From Candidatus Daviesbacteria bacterium (GTDB lineage Bacteria; Patescibacteriota; Microgenomatia; Daviesbacterales; UBA10151), in NCBI GenBank assembly GCA_016183225.1, contig JACPEZ010000031.1:1-40458 (forward strand): a stretch of 40,458 bases of DNA, in the 5' to 3' direction. The position numbers were made by a program, and so were the translations under genes. This document shows, piece by piece, positions 8,806-17,682 of this stretch (position 1 is its first letter; every line of letters starts with the position of its first letter). The notes beneath the pieces are model-generated. The model made no database searches and was not told where the DNA came from. It saw only the letters and a program-made list of their open reading frames with translations.

Positions 8806-9156
8806 ATGAAAAACTTGCCCAAGCCGCTGCTTTTAATAATAGTCCTGTTAGCCGTAACTGTGACCGCTTTGATAACCTATGGTTTAAACTCCCGGAGAGT
8901 CACCAAAACCGATATTGACACGGCCGTCAATCAGGCCAAATATTTATATCAGATGCGAAAATCCCAGGAAGAGGATTTTTCTCAAGGGCCCTGTTTATCC
9001 AATGCCCTGATGACAGATTGGGTGGCAGATCTTGTTCACAACCCCCGGGAGGAGGCAGATAATTTGCCTCATAATCAGTGTCCGGCTTATCTGGAGGGTA
9101 GAGCTCATCATTTTGTAGAACTGGATCTTGAGGGAAATTTAATTAGAGCGCGATGA
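8806..9156 (+). CDS. Hypothetical membrane-anchored protein with two Cys (GPCLSN...DWVADLVHNPR...NQCP)
   Basis: N-terminal TM; ATGA-coupled to the Clp ATPase; ATG 8806 preferred over TTG 8782. Confidence 0.75.
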   Translation: MKNLPKPLLLIIVLLAVTVTALITYGLNSRRVTKTDIDTAVNQAKYLYQMRKSQEEDFSQGPCLSNALMTDWVADLVHNPREEADNLPHNQCPAYLEGRAHHFVELDLEGNLIRAR

Positions 9157-11654
9157 AATATCTAACACTGCCTGTCCATTTAATTAAATTCTGGTTCGTA
9201 GAGAGTTTTGATGTTTTTTTGCGAACCTGGAAAAATCTGATTTCCTTTCTGGAAGAAGATTTGGCAGTTGGGCTGATGGTGAAACTGATTTTTACCCCCC
9301 TTTTTCATGATTCAAGTTATGTTGGCCGGGGTTTGAGCATAATTTTCAGATCGGGCAGAATTTTAATCGGGCTTTTTGCCTTTGCCGTGGCCACTACCTT
9401 AATGATGGTGCTTTGTATTTACTGGTTGTTGCTGCCTTTGCTTTTCGTCCTGGATATTCCGCCATTTGCAAGCAGAGTGTTGTTTTTGTCAGGATTGGGT
9501 ATATTTGTAATTCACGTTTTTACCCATCCCCACAAAAAAATTTATCAGGTAGATAAAACTACTTTCTGGGATGCTTCAACGGTCAAAAAAGATGATTTGA
9601 CCATGCGTGCGCTTTTATCCGGCAGGGAAGTGGTAGATCTTTTATCCAATCTGGAAATTCAAATCAGCCATATCCCCAATTTTGAAATTTCCGACAAAGA
9701 AGAGACGGGGCGTTCTGCCTGGGAACTGGCCAAAAAAAGCGGGGCCGAGTATCTTACCCCCTATCATTTTTTTGTGGCCGCCATCAAGGAGATTCCCAAC
9801 ATTGATCAAATCCTGCTGCGGATGGACTTAAATCCGGCAGATTTTGAGGATGTGCTGTTTTATCTTGACCTGAAAAGAAGCACCTGGCGGACGGTTTTTC
9901 TCTGGGACAGCGATTTTGCGGTGCATCATCTCAAAGGGGTTAACCGGGGCTGGCTGGGCACGCCTACCCCGGCTTTGGATTTGGTGGGAGTGGATTTAAC
10001 CAAAGAGGCGGCCAAATACGGCTTCCCCGATCTTAAAAGAAAAAACGGGGTGGTAGAGGAAATTATTTCCATTTTATCTCAAACTACCGGCCGCAATGTG
10101 GTGGTGGTGGGGGCGCCGGGCAGCGGCAAATCTGCTCTGGTGAAGTTTTTGGCCAAACAGATTGTGGCAGGGGATGCGCCCGATGCCTTGTCCACTAAAA
10201 GACTGGTCATGCTGGATTTGACCAAACTTTTATCCGGCATCAAAACCCAGGGTGATTTGGCAGAAAGAGTGAAAACCGTTTTTGAAGAGGTTTCTTTTAC
10301 CCAGAATGTCATCATTGTGATCGAGGAAATTCACGATTTAGGTCTGGGGGAAGCCGGCTCCAGCTTTAATTTATATTCGCTGCTGCTGCCCTATCTTGAG
10401 AGTGATACTTTCCAGTTTCTGGCTACCACCGAGGCGGAAAATTATTCCCGGATTTTGGAAAAAAACGGCAGTTTCGCCAGGCTGTTTAGAAAGTTGGAGC
10501 TCCCTCCGGCCACCCCGGAGGAAACCCTGGAGATTTTGCAGGACCGGGCCATTGCGCTGGAGCGAAAAAATAAAATTAAAATCACTGCCGTTTCTTTAAA
10601 GGAGATTGTTAAACTCTCCTCCAAACTGATCCATGACCGGGTCTTGCCGGATTCGGCGGTCAGCATTTTGAAAGAGGTTCAAACCAGGGCGGTTAATGGC
10701 TGGGTGACTAAAGATATAGTGCGAGGAGTGATGTCTCAATCCGTCAAGGTACCTCTGATGGAGATAGGCACAGCCGACAAGGGGAGGCTGTTAAATTTGG
10801 AAAGCGAAATCCACGCCAGGTTAATTGATCAGGAGCAGGCAGTTAGGGCAGTGTCCGATGCTCTGCGCCGCTCTGTTACCGGACTGCGGGAAGAAAACCG
10901 GCCTATCGGATCATTCCTCTTTGTCGGTCCCACCGGAGTTGGCAAGACGGAGCTTGCTAAAACTTTGTCCGAGGTGTATTTCAAAACCCAGGGAGCCTTT
11001 TTGCGGTTTGACATGTCCGAATATCAAAATCCCGAGTCTGTAAACCGGCTGATCGGCGCATCAGGAGAAGGGGGACAGTTAACAGAAGCCGTCAGAAACC
11101 GGCCTTATGCTCTGCTTTTATTGGATGAGTTTGAAAAAGCCGACCAAAAAATATTAACGCTCTTTTTACAGGTTTTGGAGGATGGCAGGTTAACAGACGG
11201 GGCAGGCCGGACAGTCAATTTTGAAAATACCATTATCATTGCGACATCGAATGCCGGATCGCTCTCGATTGCTCAAGGATTGGCCGGCGGGAAAAACTTA
11301 ACACAAATAGATAAAGAGGTTAATGAGGAACTGTTAAAAATTTTCAAGCCGGAACTGGTCAACCGGTTTGATGAAGTCGTTATTTTCAAGCCGTTATCCG
11401 AGGATGATCTGCAAAAAATAGTTAAATTAAAACTGGATTCTTTGCAGAAACAACTCAAAGATAAAGGCTATCTGGTGGAATTTGACGGGCAACTGGTTTC
11501 AGAACTCGGCAAACGCGGCTTTGATCCTGTTTTGGGAGCCCGCCCCTTGCGCCGCCTCATCCAGGATACCCTTGAATCCAAACTCTCCAAACTAATTTTG
11601 GAAAATAAACTAACAAAGGGACAACCCTTTAAGGTTGGATCGGAACTGTTGTGA
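9153..11654 (+). CDS. ClpA/B-family double AAA+ ATPase with N-terminal transmembrane region
   Basis: Walker A GAPGSGKS and GPTGVGKT, Walker B IEEIH and LDEFEKA, RFDMSEY, GARPLRR; hydrophobic helices in residues ~70-125. Confidence 0.9.
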   Translation: MKYLTLPVHLIKFWFVESFDVFLRTWKNLISFLEEDLAVGLMVKLIFTPLFHDSSYVGRGLSIIFRSGRILIGLFAFAVATTLMMVLCIYWLLLPLLFVLDIPPFASRVLFLSGLGIFVIHVFTHPHKKIYQVDKTTFWDASTVKKDDLTMRALLSGREVVDLLSNLEIQISHIPNFEISDKEETGRSAWELAKKSGAEYLTPYHFFVAAIKEIPNIDQILLRMDLNPADFEDVLFYLDLKRSTWRTVFLWDSDFAVHHLKGVNRGWLGTPTPALDLVGVDLTKEAAKYGFPDLKRKNGVVEEIISILSQTTGRNVVVVGAPGSGKSALVKFLAKQIVAGDAPDALSTKRLVMLDLTKLLSGIKTQGDLAERVKTVFEEVSFTQNVIIVIEEIHDLGLGEAGSSFNLYSLLLPYLESDTFQFLATTEAENYSRILEKNGSFARLFRKLELPPATPEETLEILQDRAIALERKNKIKITAVSLKEIVKLSSKLIHDRVLPDSAVSILKEVQTRAVNGWVTKDIVRGVMSQSVKVPLMEIGTADKGRLLNLESEIHARLIDQEQAVRAVSDALRRSVTGLREENRPIGSFLFVGPTGVGKTELAKTLSEVYFKTQGAFLRFDMSEYQNPESVNRLIGASGEGGQLTEAVRNRPYALLLLDEFEKADQKILTLFLQVLEDGRLTDGAGRTVNFENTIIIATSNAGSLSIAQGLAGGKNLTQIDKEVNEELLKIFKPELVNRFDEVVIFKPLSEDDLQKIVKLKLDSLQKQLKDKGYLVEFDGQLVSELGKRGFDPVLGARPLRRLIQDTLESKLSKLILENKLTKGQPFKVGSELL

Positions 11655-11869
11655 TGAAAATTATAGATATATTTCCTGAATTAAACAATAAACAATTAGA
11701 CAGACTGTCAGAGTTTCTAGCTAATTTTTCATTACTGCTAATAGCCACTTTGGTTTTACCAAATCTGTTTGGAGTTAATACGCCAAATATGTTAGAATTA
11801 AATAGAGGGATATTAATAGCTTTAGCATCGTTGATAATGAGTTTGGTTCTAATAAAAAGAATAAAATGA
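11651..11869 (+). CDS. 72-aa two-TM protein (module A, large gene)
   Basis: Two hydrophobic helices, LSEFLANFS motif, basic C-terminus; similar to 26460-26666 and 36878-37099. Confidence 0.75.
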   Translation: MMKIIDIFPELNNKQLDRLSEFLANFSLLLIATLVLPNLFGVNTPNMLELNRGILIALASLIMSLVLIKRIK

Positions 11870-11973
11870 CATATCTGGAAACTTTTTATCTAATTTCATC
11901 AATTTTTTTGTTAACTATTTCGATAATAGTGGCTCCAACTCTTTGGAAACAGACAAGAAGGAGTAAGGCATGA
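11866..11973 (+). CDS. 35-aa single-TM peptide MTYLETFYLISSIFLLTISIIVAPTLWKQTRRSKA
   Basis: Hand translation; ATGA overlaps at both ends; paralog of the next ORF. Confidence 0.7.
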   Translation: MTYLETFYLISSIFLLTISIIVAPTLWKQTRRSKA

Positions 11974-12077
11974 GCGAGCAGGTAGGTTCTTTCCTGACAA
12001 TATTATTTGCCTTTTTGGCTTTAGTCATTGTCTTAGCCCCAATCCTTTGGAAAAGACCTCATAGAAGCAGAAAGTAA
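11970..12077 (+). CDS. 35-aa single-TM peptide MSEQVGSFLTILFAFLALVIVLAPILWKRPHRSRK
   Basis: Hand translation; ATGA overlap, AAGGAG upstream; shares AP.LWK...RS with the previous ORF. Confidence 0.7.
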   Translation: MSEQVGSFLTILFAFLALVIVLAPILWKRPHRSRK

Positions 12078-12081
12078 GGGG

Positions 12082-12447
12082 ATGAAAAAGTGGTTTTTGA
12101 TAAGTCTATTGCTTTTTGTTTTCCCGGCGACAATTTTTGCTCAAGTAAATTTAGATCAAATAAATCAAAAAGTTAGCAATAGGTTTGAGGATGATGTGGT
12201 AAAAATGGCTGCTATTATGGAGGAGTTAAGGAACAGAAAAGGCATTACAGAAACTCGGGTGGCTTTTGGGGGAATAGATAATCAAATAAAATCAGCAGAT
12301 TACTGGATTACCTATGCTGCCGAAGCAATTGCCTTTCAGCGGGCCCAAAAATATACATCATTAAGTGATGTACGTTACAGCTTGCAAACTTTGGCAGGCA
12401 AAATTTTAAGAGCAAAGGCGGAGGTCAGAAAGGCACTAAATGAATAA
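12082..12447 (+). CDS. Hypothetical secreted helical protein
   Basis: Signal peptide MKKWFLISLLLFVFPATIFA. Confidence 0.75.
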   Translation: MKKWFLISLLLFVFPATIFAQVNLDQINQKVSNRFEDDVVKMAAIMEELRNRKGITETRVAFGGIDNQIKSADYWITYAAEAIAFQRAQKYTSLSDVRYSLQTLAGKILRAKAEVRKALNE

Positions 12448-12670
12448 AAAAATAATTATTATAATTTTTATAATCATTATAGCGATTATATTATTTATAA
12501 TCTTAAAACCGGAAAAAGCAGAAAAAAGCCTGGTAAATCCCCAAACACAAACCTTTGAACAAACCCCAACTCCCACCCCTAAAACTTTTCAATTCGATGC
12601 ATCAACTGATCTCGGAAAAGAACTGGACTCTGTTAACCCGGAAGTGTTAGACTCTGATTTTAATGAATAA
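12440..12670 (+). CDS. Small membrane-anchored protein with TPTPTP linker
   Basis: Ile-rich TM, Thr/Pro linker, acidic tail; overlaps both neighbours. Confidence 0.7.
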   Translation: MNKKIIIIIFIIIIAIILFIILKPEKAEKSLVNPQTQTFEQTPTPTPKTFQFDASTDLGKELDSVNPEVLDSDFNE

Positions 12671-14615
12671 TTTAGTTGTTGTTGAGTCACCTACCAAAGC
12701 CCGGACCTTACAGAGGTTTTTGGGGGATCAATATCAAATTGAGGCCTCTATGGGTCATGTGCGGGATTTGCCAAAATCAGAACTTGGTGTTGATATCGAG
12801 CATGATTTTGATCCTCAATATCTAATTCCCCGCGACAAAAGAAAAAGAGTTAATGAATTAAAAAAAGTGGCAAAAGAGGCCGGTACTCTTTGGCTGGCTA
12901 CTGATCCGGACAGGGAAGGGGAAGCAATAGCATGGCATTTGGTCGAGTTGCTGCGCAACTCTAAAGTTCAAAGTTCAAAGTTCAAAGTTCAAAATGAAAA
13001 CATAAAAAGAGTGGTTTTCCATGAAATTACAGAAGAAGCCATAAAAGAGGCTTTTAAAAAACCCCGAGATTTGGATATGCAGCTGATTGATGCCCAACAA
13101 GCCAGAAGAGTTTTGGACAGGCTGGTGGGTTACAAACTTTCTCCTTTACTTTGGCAAAAAGTGAAAAGAGGGTTGTCTGCAGGCAGGGTTCAAAGTGTTG
13201 CTTTGCGTTTAATAGTAGAGAGAGAACGCGAGGTTACAGCTTTTAAGCCGGAGGAGTATTGGGTGATCGAGGCAGAGCTAAAAAATTCCGATGTTTTCAT
13301 AGCCACGCTTAAGGCAGATATTAAAAACGGGAAAGAAGCCAAAGAGCATGTTAAAAATCTGGAGAAAGCTTCTTATGTGGTGTCTAAAGTTACTCAAAAA
13401 GAAATCCGCCGCTACCCTTATCCTCCTTTTACCACCTCCACCATGCAGCAGGCATCTTCCAACCGGCTGGGTTTTTCCGCCAAAAAAACCATGATGCTCT
13501 CGCAAGCCCTTTATGAACATGGACTGATTACCTACATGAGAACGGATTCGGTTAATTTATCAACCGGAGCAGTTACGGCTGTTAGAAATTACATTGGGCA
13601 AAATTTTGGCAAAAAATACATCCCGCCCAGCCCCAGATTTTACAAATCCAGATCAAAAAATGCCCAGGAAGCTCATGAGGCCATCCGTCCCACCGATGCC
13701 GGCCGCATTCTTTCCCTGGCAGGCGGAGAGGCAGGGTTAACCAGAGATCATGTCAAGCTTTATGAGCTGATCTGGAAAAGATTTGTGGCCTGTCAGATGA
13801 GTGAGACGCTGGTAGATCAAACTACGGTAGATATAATAGCCAACAGCTACCTTTTTCGGGCTACAGGTAGCGTGATCAAGTTTGAGGGTTGGTTAAAATT
13901 GTATCAAGGAGAAGATGAGGAAGATCAAAAAGTGCTGCCGCAGCTTAATGAAGGTCAAAAACTGAATTTAATAAAGCTTTTGCCAACTCAACATTTTACC
14001 GAACCGCCCCCGCGATACAATGAAGCCTCCTTGATTAAAAAGCTGGAAGAATTGGGGATTGGCCGGCCCTCAACTTATGCGCCTATTTTATCCACTATTC
14101 AGGAGCGGTTTTATGTGGAGAAGCAGGAAAAAAAGTTTATCCCGACTGCCTTGGGGTTTGCGGTGAGTGATTTTCTGGTTAAATATTTTCCCGATGTTTT
14201 TGATTATTCATTTACCGCTCAAATGGAAGACCGTCTGGATGAGATTGCCCGGGGAGAGCGGCAGTGGGTACCAACAATTAGGGAGTTTTACGAGCCTTTT
14301 GCGAAAAAGCTGGAAGAAACAGGAGAAACAGCGGAAAAGGTGAAAGTGGCGCTGGAGTATGCAGGTAAAAAATGCCCCAAATGCGGCAAGGAATTAATAG
14401 TCAGAATTGGCCGGTTTGGCAAATTTCTGGCCTGCTCCGGTTTTCCCGATTGCAAGCATACGGAAAGTCTGGAAGAAAAAGTAAATGCAATTTGTCCGGA
14501 AGATGGCGGAGAAATCGTAGTCAGACACACTAAAAGGGGTAAAACATTTTACGGCTGCAAAAACTGGCCGGTCTGCAAATTTGCTTCCTGGACTAAACCA
14601 AAATCTCCTCATTGA
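12663..14615 (+). CDS. topA: DNA topoisomerase I
   Basis: VVVESPTKA, ATDPDREGEAI, SAGRVQS, ITYMRTDS, C-terminal zinc ribbons. Confidence 0.97.
   Translation: MNNLVVVESPTKARTLQRFLGDQYQIEASMGHVRDLPKSELGVDIEHDFDPQYLIPRDKRKRVNELKKVAKEAGTLWLATDPDREGEAIAWHLVELLRNSKVQSSKFKVQNENIKRVVFHEITEEAIKEAFKKPRDLDMQLIDAQQARRVLDRLVGYKLSPLLWQKVKRGLSAGRVQSVALRLIVEREREVTAFKPEEYWVIEAELKNSDVFIATLKADIKNGKEAKEHVKNLEKASYVVSKVTQKEIRRYPYPPFTTSTMQQASSNRLGFSAKKTMMLSQALYEHGLITYMRTDSVNLSTGAVTAVRNYIGQNFGKKYIPPSPRFYKSRSKNAQEAHEAIRPTDAGRILSLAGGEAGLTRDHVKLYELIWKRFVACQMSETLVDQTTVDIIANSYLFRATGSVIKFEGWLKLYQGEDEEDQKVLPQLNEGQKLNLIKLLPTQHFTEPPPRYNEASLIKKLEELGIGRPSTYAPILSTIQERFYVEKQEKKFIPTALGFAVSDFLVKYFPDVFDYSFTAQMEDRLDEIARGERQWVPTIREFYEPFAKKLEETGETAEKVKVALEYAGKKCPKCGKELIVRIGRFGKFLACSGFPDCKHTESLEEKVNAICPEDGGEIVVRHTKRGKTFYGCKNWPVCKFASWTKPKSPH
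12963..12990 (+). repeat. (AAAGTTC)x4 perfect heptamer repeat inside topA
   Basis: Read directly; encodes KVQSSKFKVQ in the TOPRIM loop. Confidence 0.9.
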
Positions 14616-14666
14616 CAAAAGAGGCCTATATTTAGTATTATATTGAGGGCCTCAAAAAGTTCCCCC
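14612..14666 (+). promoter_or_regulatory. pyrG promoter TTGACA(14612)-18-TATTAT(14636) followed by GGGCCTC...GTTCCCCC
   Basis: Promoter boxes are visible; GGGC at the approximate start site resembles CTP-sensing pyrG leaders. Confidence 0.5.
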
Positions 14667-14673
14667 AAATTTA

Positions 14674-14796
14674 AAATTCGAAGCACGAAGCACTAAATTC
14701 GAAACAATATTAAATGTTCAAAATTCTAATGTTTAAAACATTTGATAATTTGAATTTAGAATTTGTTTCGTATTTCGATATTAGAATTTCGAATTT
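14674..14796. repeat. ~123-bp imperfect inverted repeat built of heptamers (AAATTCG AAGCACG AAGCACT AAATTCG ... CGTATTT CGATATT AGAATTT CGAATTT)
   Basis: AAATTCGAA pairs with TTCGAATTT and CGAAACAA with TTGTTTCG; ends 3 nt before the pyrG ATG. Confidence 0.85.
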
Positions 14797-14799
14797 ATT

Positions 14800-16416
14800 A
14801 TGAAATATATTTTTGTTAGTGGTGGTGTGATTAGTGGAATTGGCAAGGGGACAACTGCCGCTTCAATTGCCTTTTTACTTAAAAACCAGGGCTACAAAAT
14901 TGCCCCGATTAAATTTGAAAACTACTTAAATTTAGATGCCGGAACTATTAACCCCATTGAACACGGCGACCCCTTTTTATGCGAAGACGGCACCGAAGCG
15001 GACATGGACATTGGCACTTATGAAAAGTTTTTAGATGAGGATATGGGCAAACCAAATTTTGTCACCATGGGCCAGATTTATCAGGAAGTAATAGACAGGG
15101 AGCGCCGCTTTGAATATAACGGCGAAGACGTAGAGGCCATTCCCTATATTACTGATGAGATTATCAAACGCATCAATAATGCCGGACGGGTCAAAAAAGC
15201 AGACATTGTCATTATTGAGCTGGGTGGCACAGCCGGCGAGTATCAGAATGTTTTTTACTATGAAGCTTCCAGAATTATGACTTTGCAAAATCCCGGAGAT
15301 GTTTTGCATATTCATGTGTCATATGTGCCAACCCCGCCCCATCTTGGCGAGCCCAAAACCAAGCCGACCCAGCTTTCTGTTCGAACTTTAAACTCTTTGG
15401 GAATTCAACCCGATTTTGTAATTACCAGATCAGAAAAATACTTGGATCAGCGAAGAAGAGAAAGGTTTGCTCTTTTTTGCAACATGAAGCCGGAAGATAT
15501 TATTTCCAATCCTGATTTGCCCTCGGTTTATGAAATCCCCCTGGTTTTGCACAAGCAGGAAATGGAAGAAAAAATCCTTAAAAAACTGGGACTAAAGTTA
15601 AGGAAATCAGATTTGTCAGCATGGGAAGCTCTGGTTGAGAAAATTAAAGCCAAAAAGAGTAAAGAAATTGAGATAGCCATTGTGGGTAAATATTTTGGCA
15701 CCGGAGATTACCAGCTGAAAGATTCTTATGCCGCTTTATTTGATGCTATTGACCATGCCTGTTTTTCTTTGGGAGTTGCGGTCAAAACAAAGTGGGTGGA
15801 TGCTGAACAAGTGGAAGCAAAAGGTCCGGAAATCATCGGTAAACCAAACGGGTTGATCGTGCCCATTGGCTGGGGAGAGCGGGGATCGGAGGGGATGATT
15901 ACAGCCGCCTCCTATGCCCGAGAAAATAAAATTCCTTATTTGGGTTTATGTTACGGAATGCAGCTTGCTGTGGTGGCTTTTGCCAGAGATGTGCTGGGTT
16001 GGGCCGATGCCAATACCACGGAAAATGATTCTAAAACCAAACATCCTGTTATCCATCTGATGCCCAAACAAAAACAGTTTATGAAAAGAAGAGCTTACGG
16101 GGGAACCATGAGGCTTGGCAGTTGGGATGCTATGGTTAAAAAAGGGACCAAAACTTTTGAGATTTATCAGAAAGAACTCACCTCCGAACGGCACAGGCAC
16201 AGATATGAGTTTAACAATGCTTACACGGAGGATTTTGAAAAAGCAGGGATGAAGATCTCGGCCAGATCTGTAGTTGAGAATCTGGCGGAAATTATTGAAC
16301 TGCCAAAGGATCAGCATCATTTTTATCTGGGCACCCAAGGTCATCCCGAATACAAATCAAGGCCATTGAATCCACATCCAATTTTTTTAGCATTTATAGA
16401 AGCTGCCAGTAAATAA
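14800..16416 (+). CDS. pyrG: CTP synthase
   Basis: MKYIFVSGGVISGIGKG, KTKPTQ, GLCYGMQ, ERHRHRYE, QGHPE. Confidence 0.97.
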   Translation: MKYIFVSGGVISGIGKGTTAASIAFLLKNQGYKIAPIKFENYLNLDAGTINPIEHGDPFLCEDGTEADMDIGTYEKFLDEDMGKPNFVTMGQIYQEVIDRERRFEYNGEDVEAIPYITDEIIKRINNAGRVKKADIVIIELGGTAGEYQNVFYYEASRIMTLQNPGDVLHIHVSYVPTPPHLGEPKTKPTQLSVRTLNSLGIQPDFVITRSEKYLDQRRRERFALFCNMKPEDIISNPDLPSVYEIPLVLHKQEMEEKILKKLGLKLRKSDLSAWEALVEKIKAKKSKEIEIAIVGKYFGTGDYQLKDSYAALFDAIDHACFSLGVAVKTKWVDAEQVEAKGPEIIGKPNGLIVPIGWGERGSEGMITAASYARENKIPYLGLCYGMQLAVVAFARDVLGWADANTTENDSKTKHPVIHLMPKQKQFMKRRAYGGTMRLGSWDAMVKKGTKTFEIYQKELTSERHRHRYEFNNAYTEDFEKAGMKISARSVVENLAEIIELPKDQHHFYLGTQGHPEYKSRPLNPHPIFLAFIEAASK

Positions 16417-16420
16417 CAGA

Positions 16421-16452
16421 ATTGTTTCATTGCTACATTGTTGTTATTGTTA
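16421..16452. repeat. Left arm: four ATTG(T/C)T units with 8-9-bp period
   Basis: ATTGTTTC ATTGCTAC ATTGTTGTT ATTGTTA; inverted relative to 16836-16872. Confidence 0.8.
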
Positions 16453-16458
16453 AAGAGC

Positions 16459-16830
16459 ATGAAGTATTTACAGTTAAATGATATTGATTGTTACAAGAAA
16501 GCTCTCAATTTATCAAATTATGTTTGGGATATTGTCATTGGATGGAGCTGGTTTGCTCAAAAAACCGTTGGGGTTCAGTTTGTTACAGCGCTTGATTCAA
16601 TATCAGCAAATATCGCTGAAGGATTTGGAAGATACGGCAAAAAGGACAAAATTAAATTCTATTATTACAGCTTTGGATCTGTTAAAGAAAGTTTAGATTG
16701 GAATGAAAAATCAAAGATTAGGAAACTGCTTACAAAACAGCAGTATGAGCATATATTAGGGGAATTACAAATTTTACCTAAAGAGATACACCAACTGATT
16801 AAGTTTACAAACGAGAAACTAAAGCAATAA
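16459..16830 (+). CDS. Four-helix-bundle protein (23S rRNA intervening-sequence protein / TIGR02436-like family)
   Basis: LNDIDCYKKA, Q...A.DSISANIAEGFGR, KFYYYSFGSVKE..DW. Confidence 0.9.
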   Translation: MKYLQLNDIDCYKKALNLSNYVWDIVIGWSWFAQKTVGVQFVTALDSISANIAEGFGRYGKKDKIKFYYYSFGSVKESLDWNEKSKIRKLLTKQQYEHILGELQILPKEIHQLIKFTNEKLKQ

Positions 16831-16835
16831 AATTA

Positions 16836-16872
16836 TAACAATGAAACAATTTAACAATGGTAACAATGGTAA
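16836..16872. repeat. Right arm: four AACAAT units with 8-9-bp period, overlapping the tmk start
   Basis: TAACAAT GAAACAAT TTAACAAT GGTAACAAT GGTAA; encodes MKQFNNGNNGN. Confidence 0.8.
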
Positions 16873-17509
16873 TTTAATTGTTTTTGAAGGTATTGATGGA
16901 TCTGGGAAAACGACCCAGATTAAACTATTAACTAAATTGTTAAAAGTCAAAAAAATACCTTTTGAAGTAATTAGTTTTCCCCAATACGGCCAAAATGGGT
17001 ATGCCCAAAAAATTTTTGATTATCTTTCCGGCAAGCTGGGAAATTTAAAAGAGGTTGACCCGTATGAAATGGCTAAACTTTATGCCTCTGACAGAAAAAC
17101 TGTCAAAGATAAAATTGAAAATTGGCTGGCTGAAGGCAAATTAGTGATTGCCAATCGATATGTCTCCTCATCCAAAGCCCATCTGGGAGCCAATTTAGCG
17201 GAAGAAAAAAGAGCTGATTTTATCAAATGGATTGACCAACTGGAATATCAGGAAAACAGCTTGCCCAAAGAAGACTTGACTGTTCTTTTATCGGTTGACC
17301 CCAAAACCGGCCAAAAAAATTCAAAAACCAAAAACCATCCTGATATTCATGAAGATAATTTAAGCCATCTGACAAAAACCCGGGAAATTTTTCTGCAACT
17401 GGCTAAACATGAACAAGATTGGGTAGTGGTAGATTGCATGTCAAACTTCCAAATGAAATCTCCTGAAGAAATCCAAAAAGAAGTAGTTGCAGAATTAAAA
17501 AATATATGA
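16841..17509 (+). CDS. tmk: Thymidylate kinase
   Basis: IVFEGIDGSGKTTQ, SFPQY, LYASDR, ANRYVSS. Confidence 0.93.
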   Translation: MKQFNNGNNGNLIVFEGIDGSGKTTQIKLLTKLLKVKKIPFEVISFPQYGQNGYAQKIFDYLSGKLGNLKEVDPYEMAKLYASDRKTVKDKIENWLAEGKLVIANRYVSSSKAHLGANLAEEKRADFIKWIDQLEYQENSLPKEDLTVLLSVDPKTGQKNSKTKNHPDIHEDNLSHLTKTREIFLQLAKHEQDWVVVDCMSNFQMKSPEEIQKEVVAELKNI

Positions 17510-17515
17510 TATTCT
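17487..17515 (+). promoter_or_regulatory. Promoter TTGCAG-17-TATTCT with extended -10 TG
   Basis: 17-bp spacer; 8 nt upstream of the leader-peptide ATG. Confidence 0.55.
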
Positions 17516-17523
17516 TTATTTAT

Positions 17524-17595
17524 ATGAGTATAAACTCAATGAATTTAACCAAGAAAACTGCTAAAGCTACCTTCCAAAGGAGGGAGTTTTCGTAG
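17524..17595 (+). CDS. Putative attenuator leader peptide MSINSMNLTKKTAKATFQRREFS
   Basis: Hand translation; Thr/Lys cluster TKKTAKAT; overlaps mutually exclusive hairpins upstream of aspartate kinase. Confidence 0.65.
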   Translation: MSINSMNLTKKTAKATFQRREFS

Positions 17596-17624
17596 TACAA
17601 TTTTTCTTTAAAAAAGAAAAAGCG

Positions 17625-17650
17625 AAGCCTCCCAACAGGGAGGTTTTTTT
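17625..17650 (+). terminator. Intrinsic terminator (attenuator) AAGCCTCCC-AACA-GGGAGGTTTTTTT
   Basis: GC-rich hairpin plus T7 tract, 33 nt upstream of the kinase ATG. Confidence 0.85.
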
Positions 17651-17657
17651 GTGCCTG

Positions 17658-17672
17658 TCCGCCTTTGGCGGA
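17658..17672. repeat. Small REP-like palindrome TCCGCC-TTT-GGCGGA
   Basis: Same arms as the element in rpsB (22175-22200). Confidence 0.55.
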
Positions 17673-17682
17673 GAAAGAAAAT

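Noticed and set aside
17596-17682. Lysine riboswitch upstream of aspartate kinase
   Set aside because: The leader is too short and lacks L-box features; a leader-peptide attenuator fits
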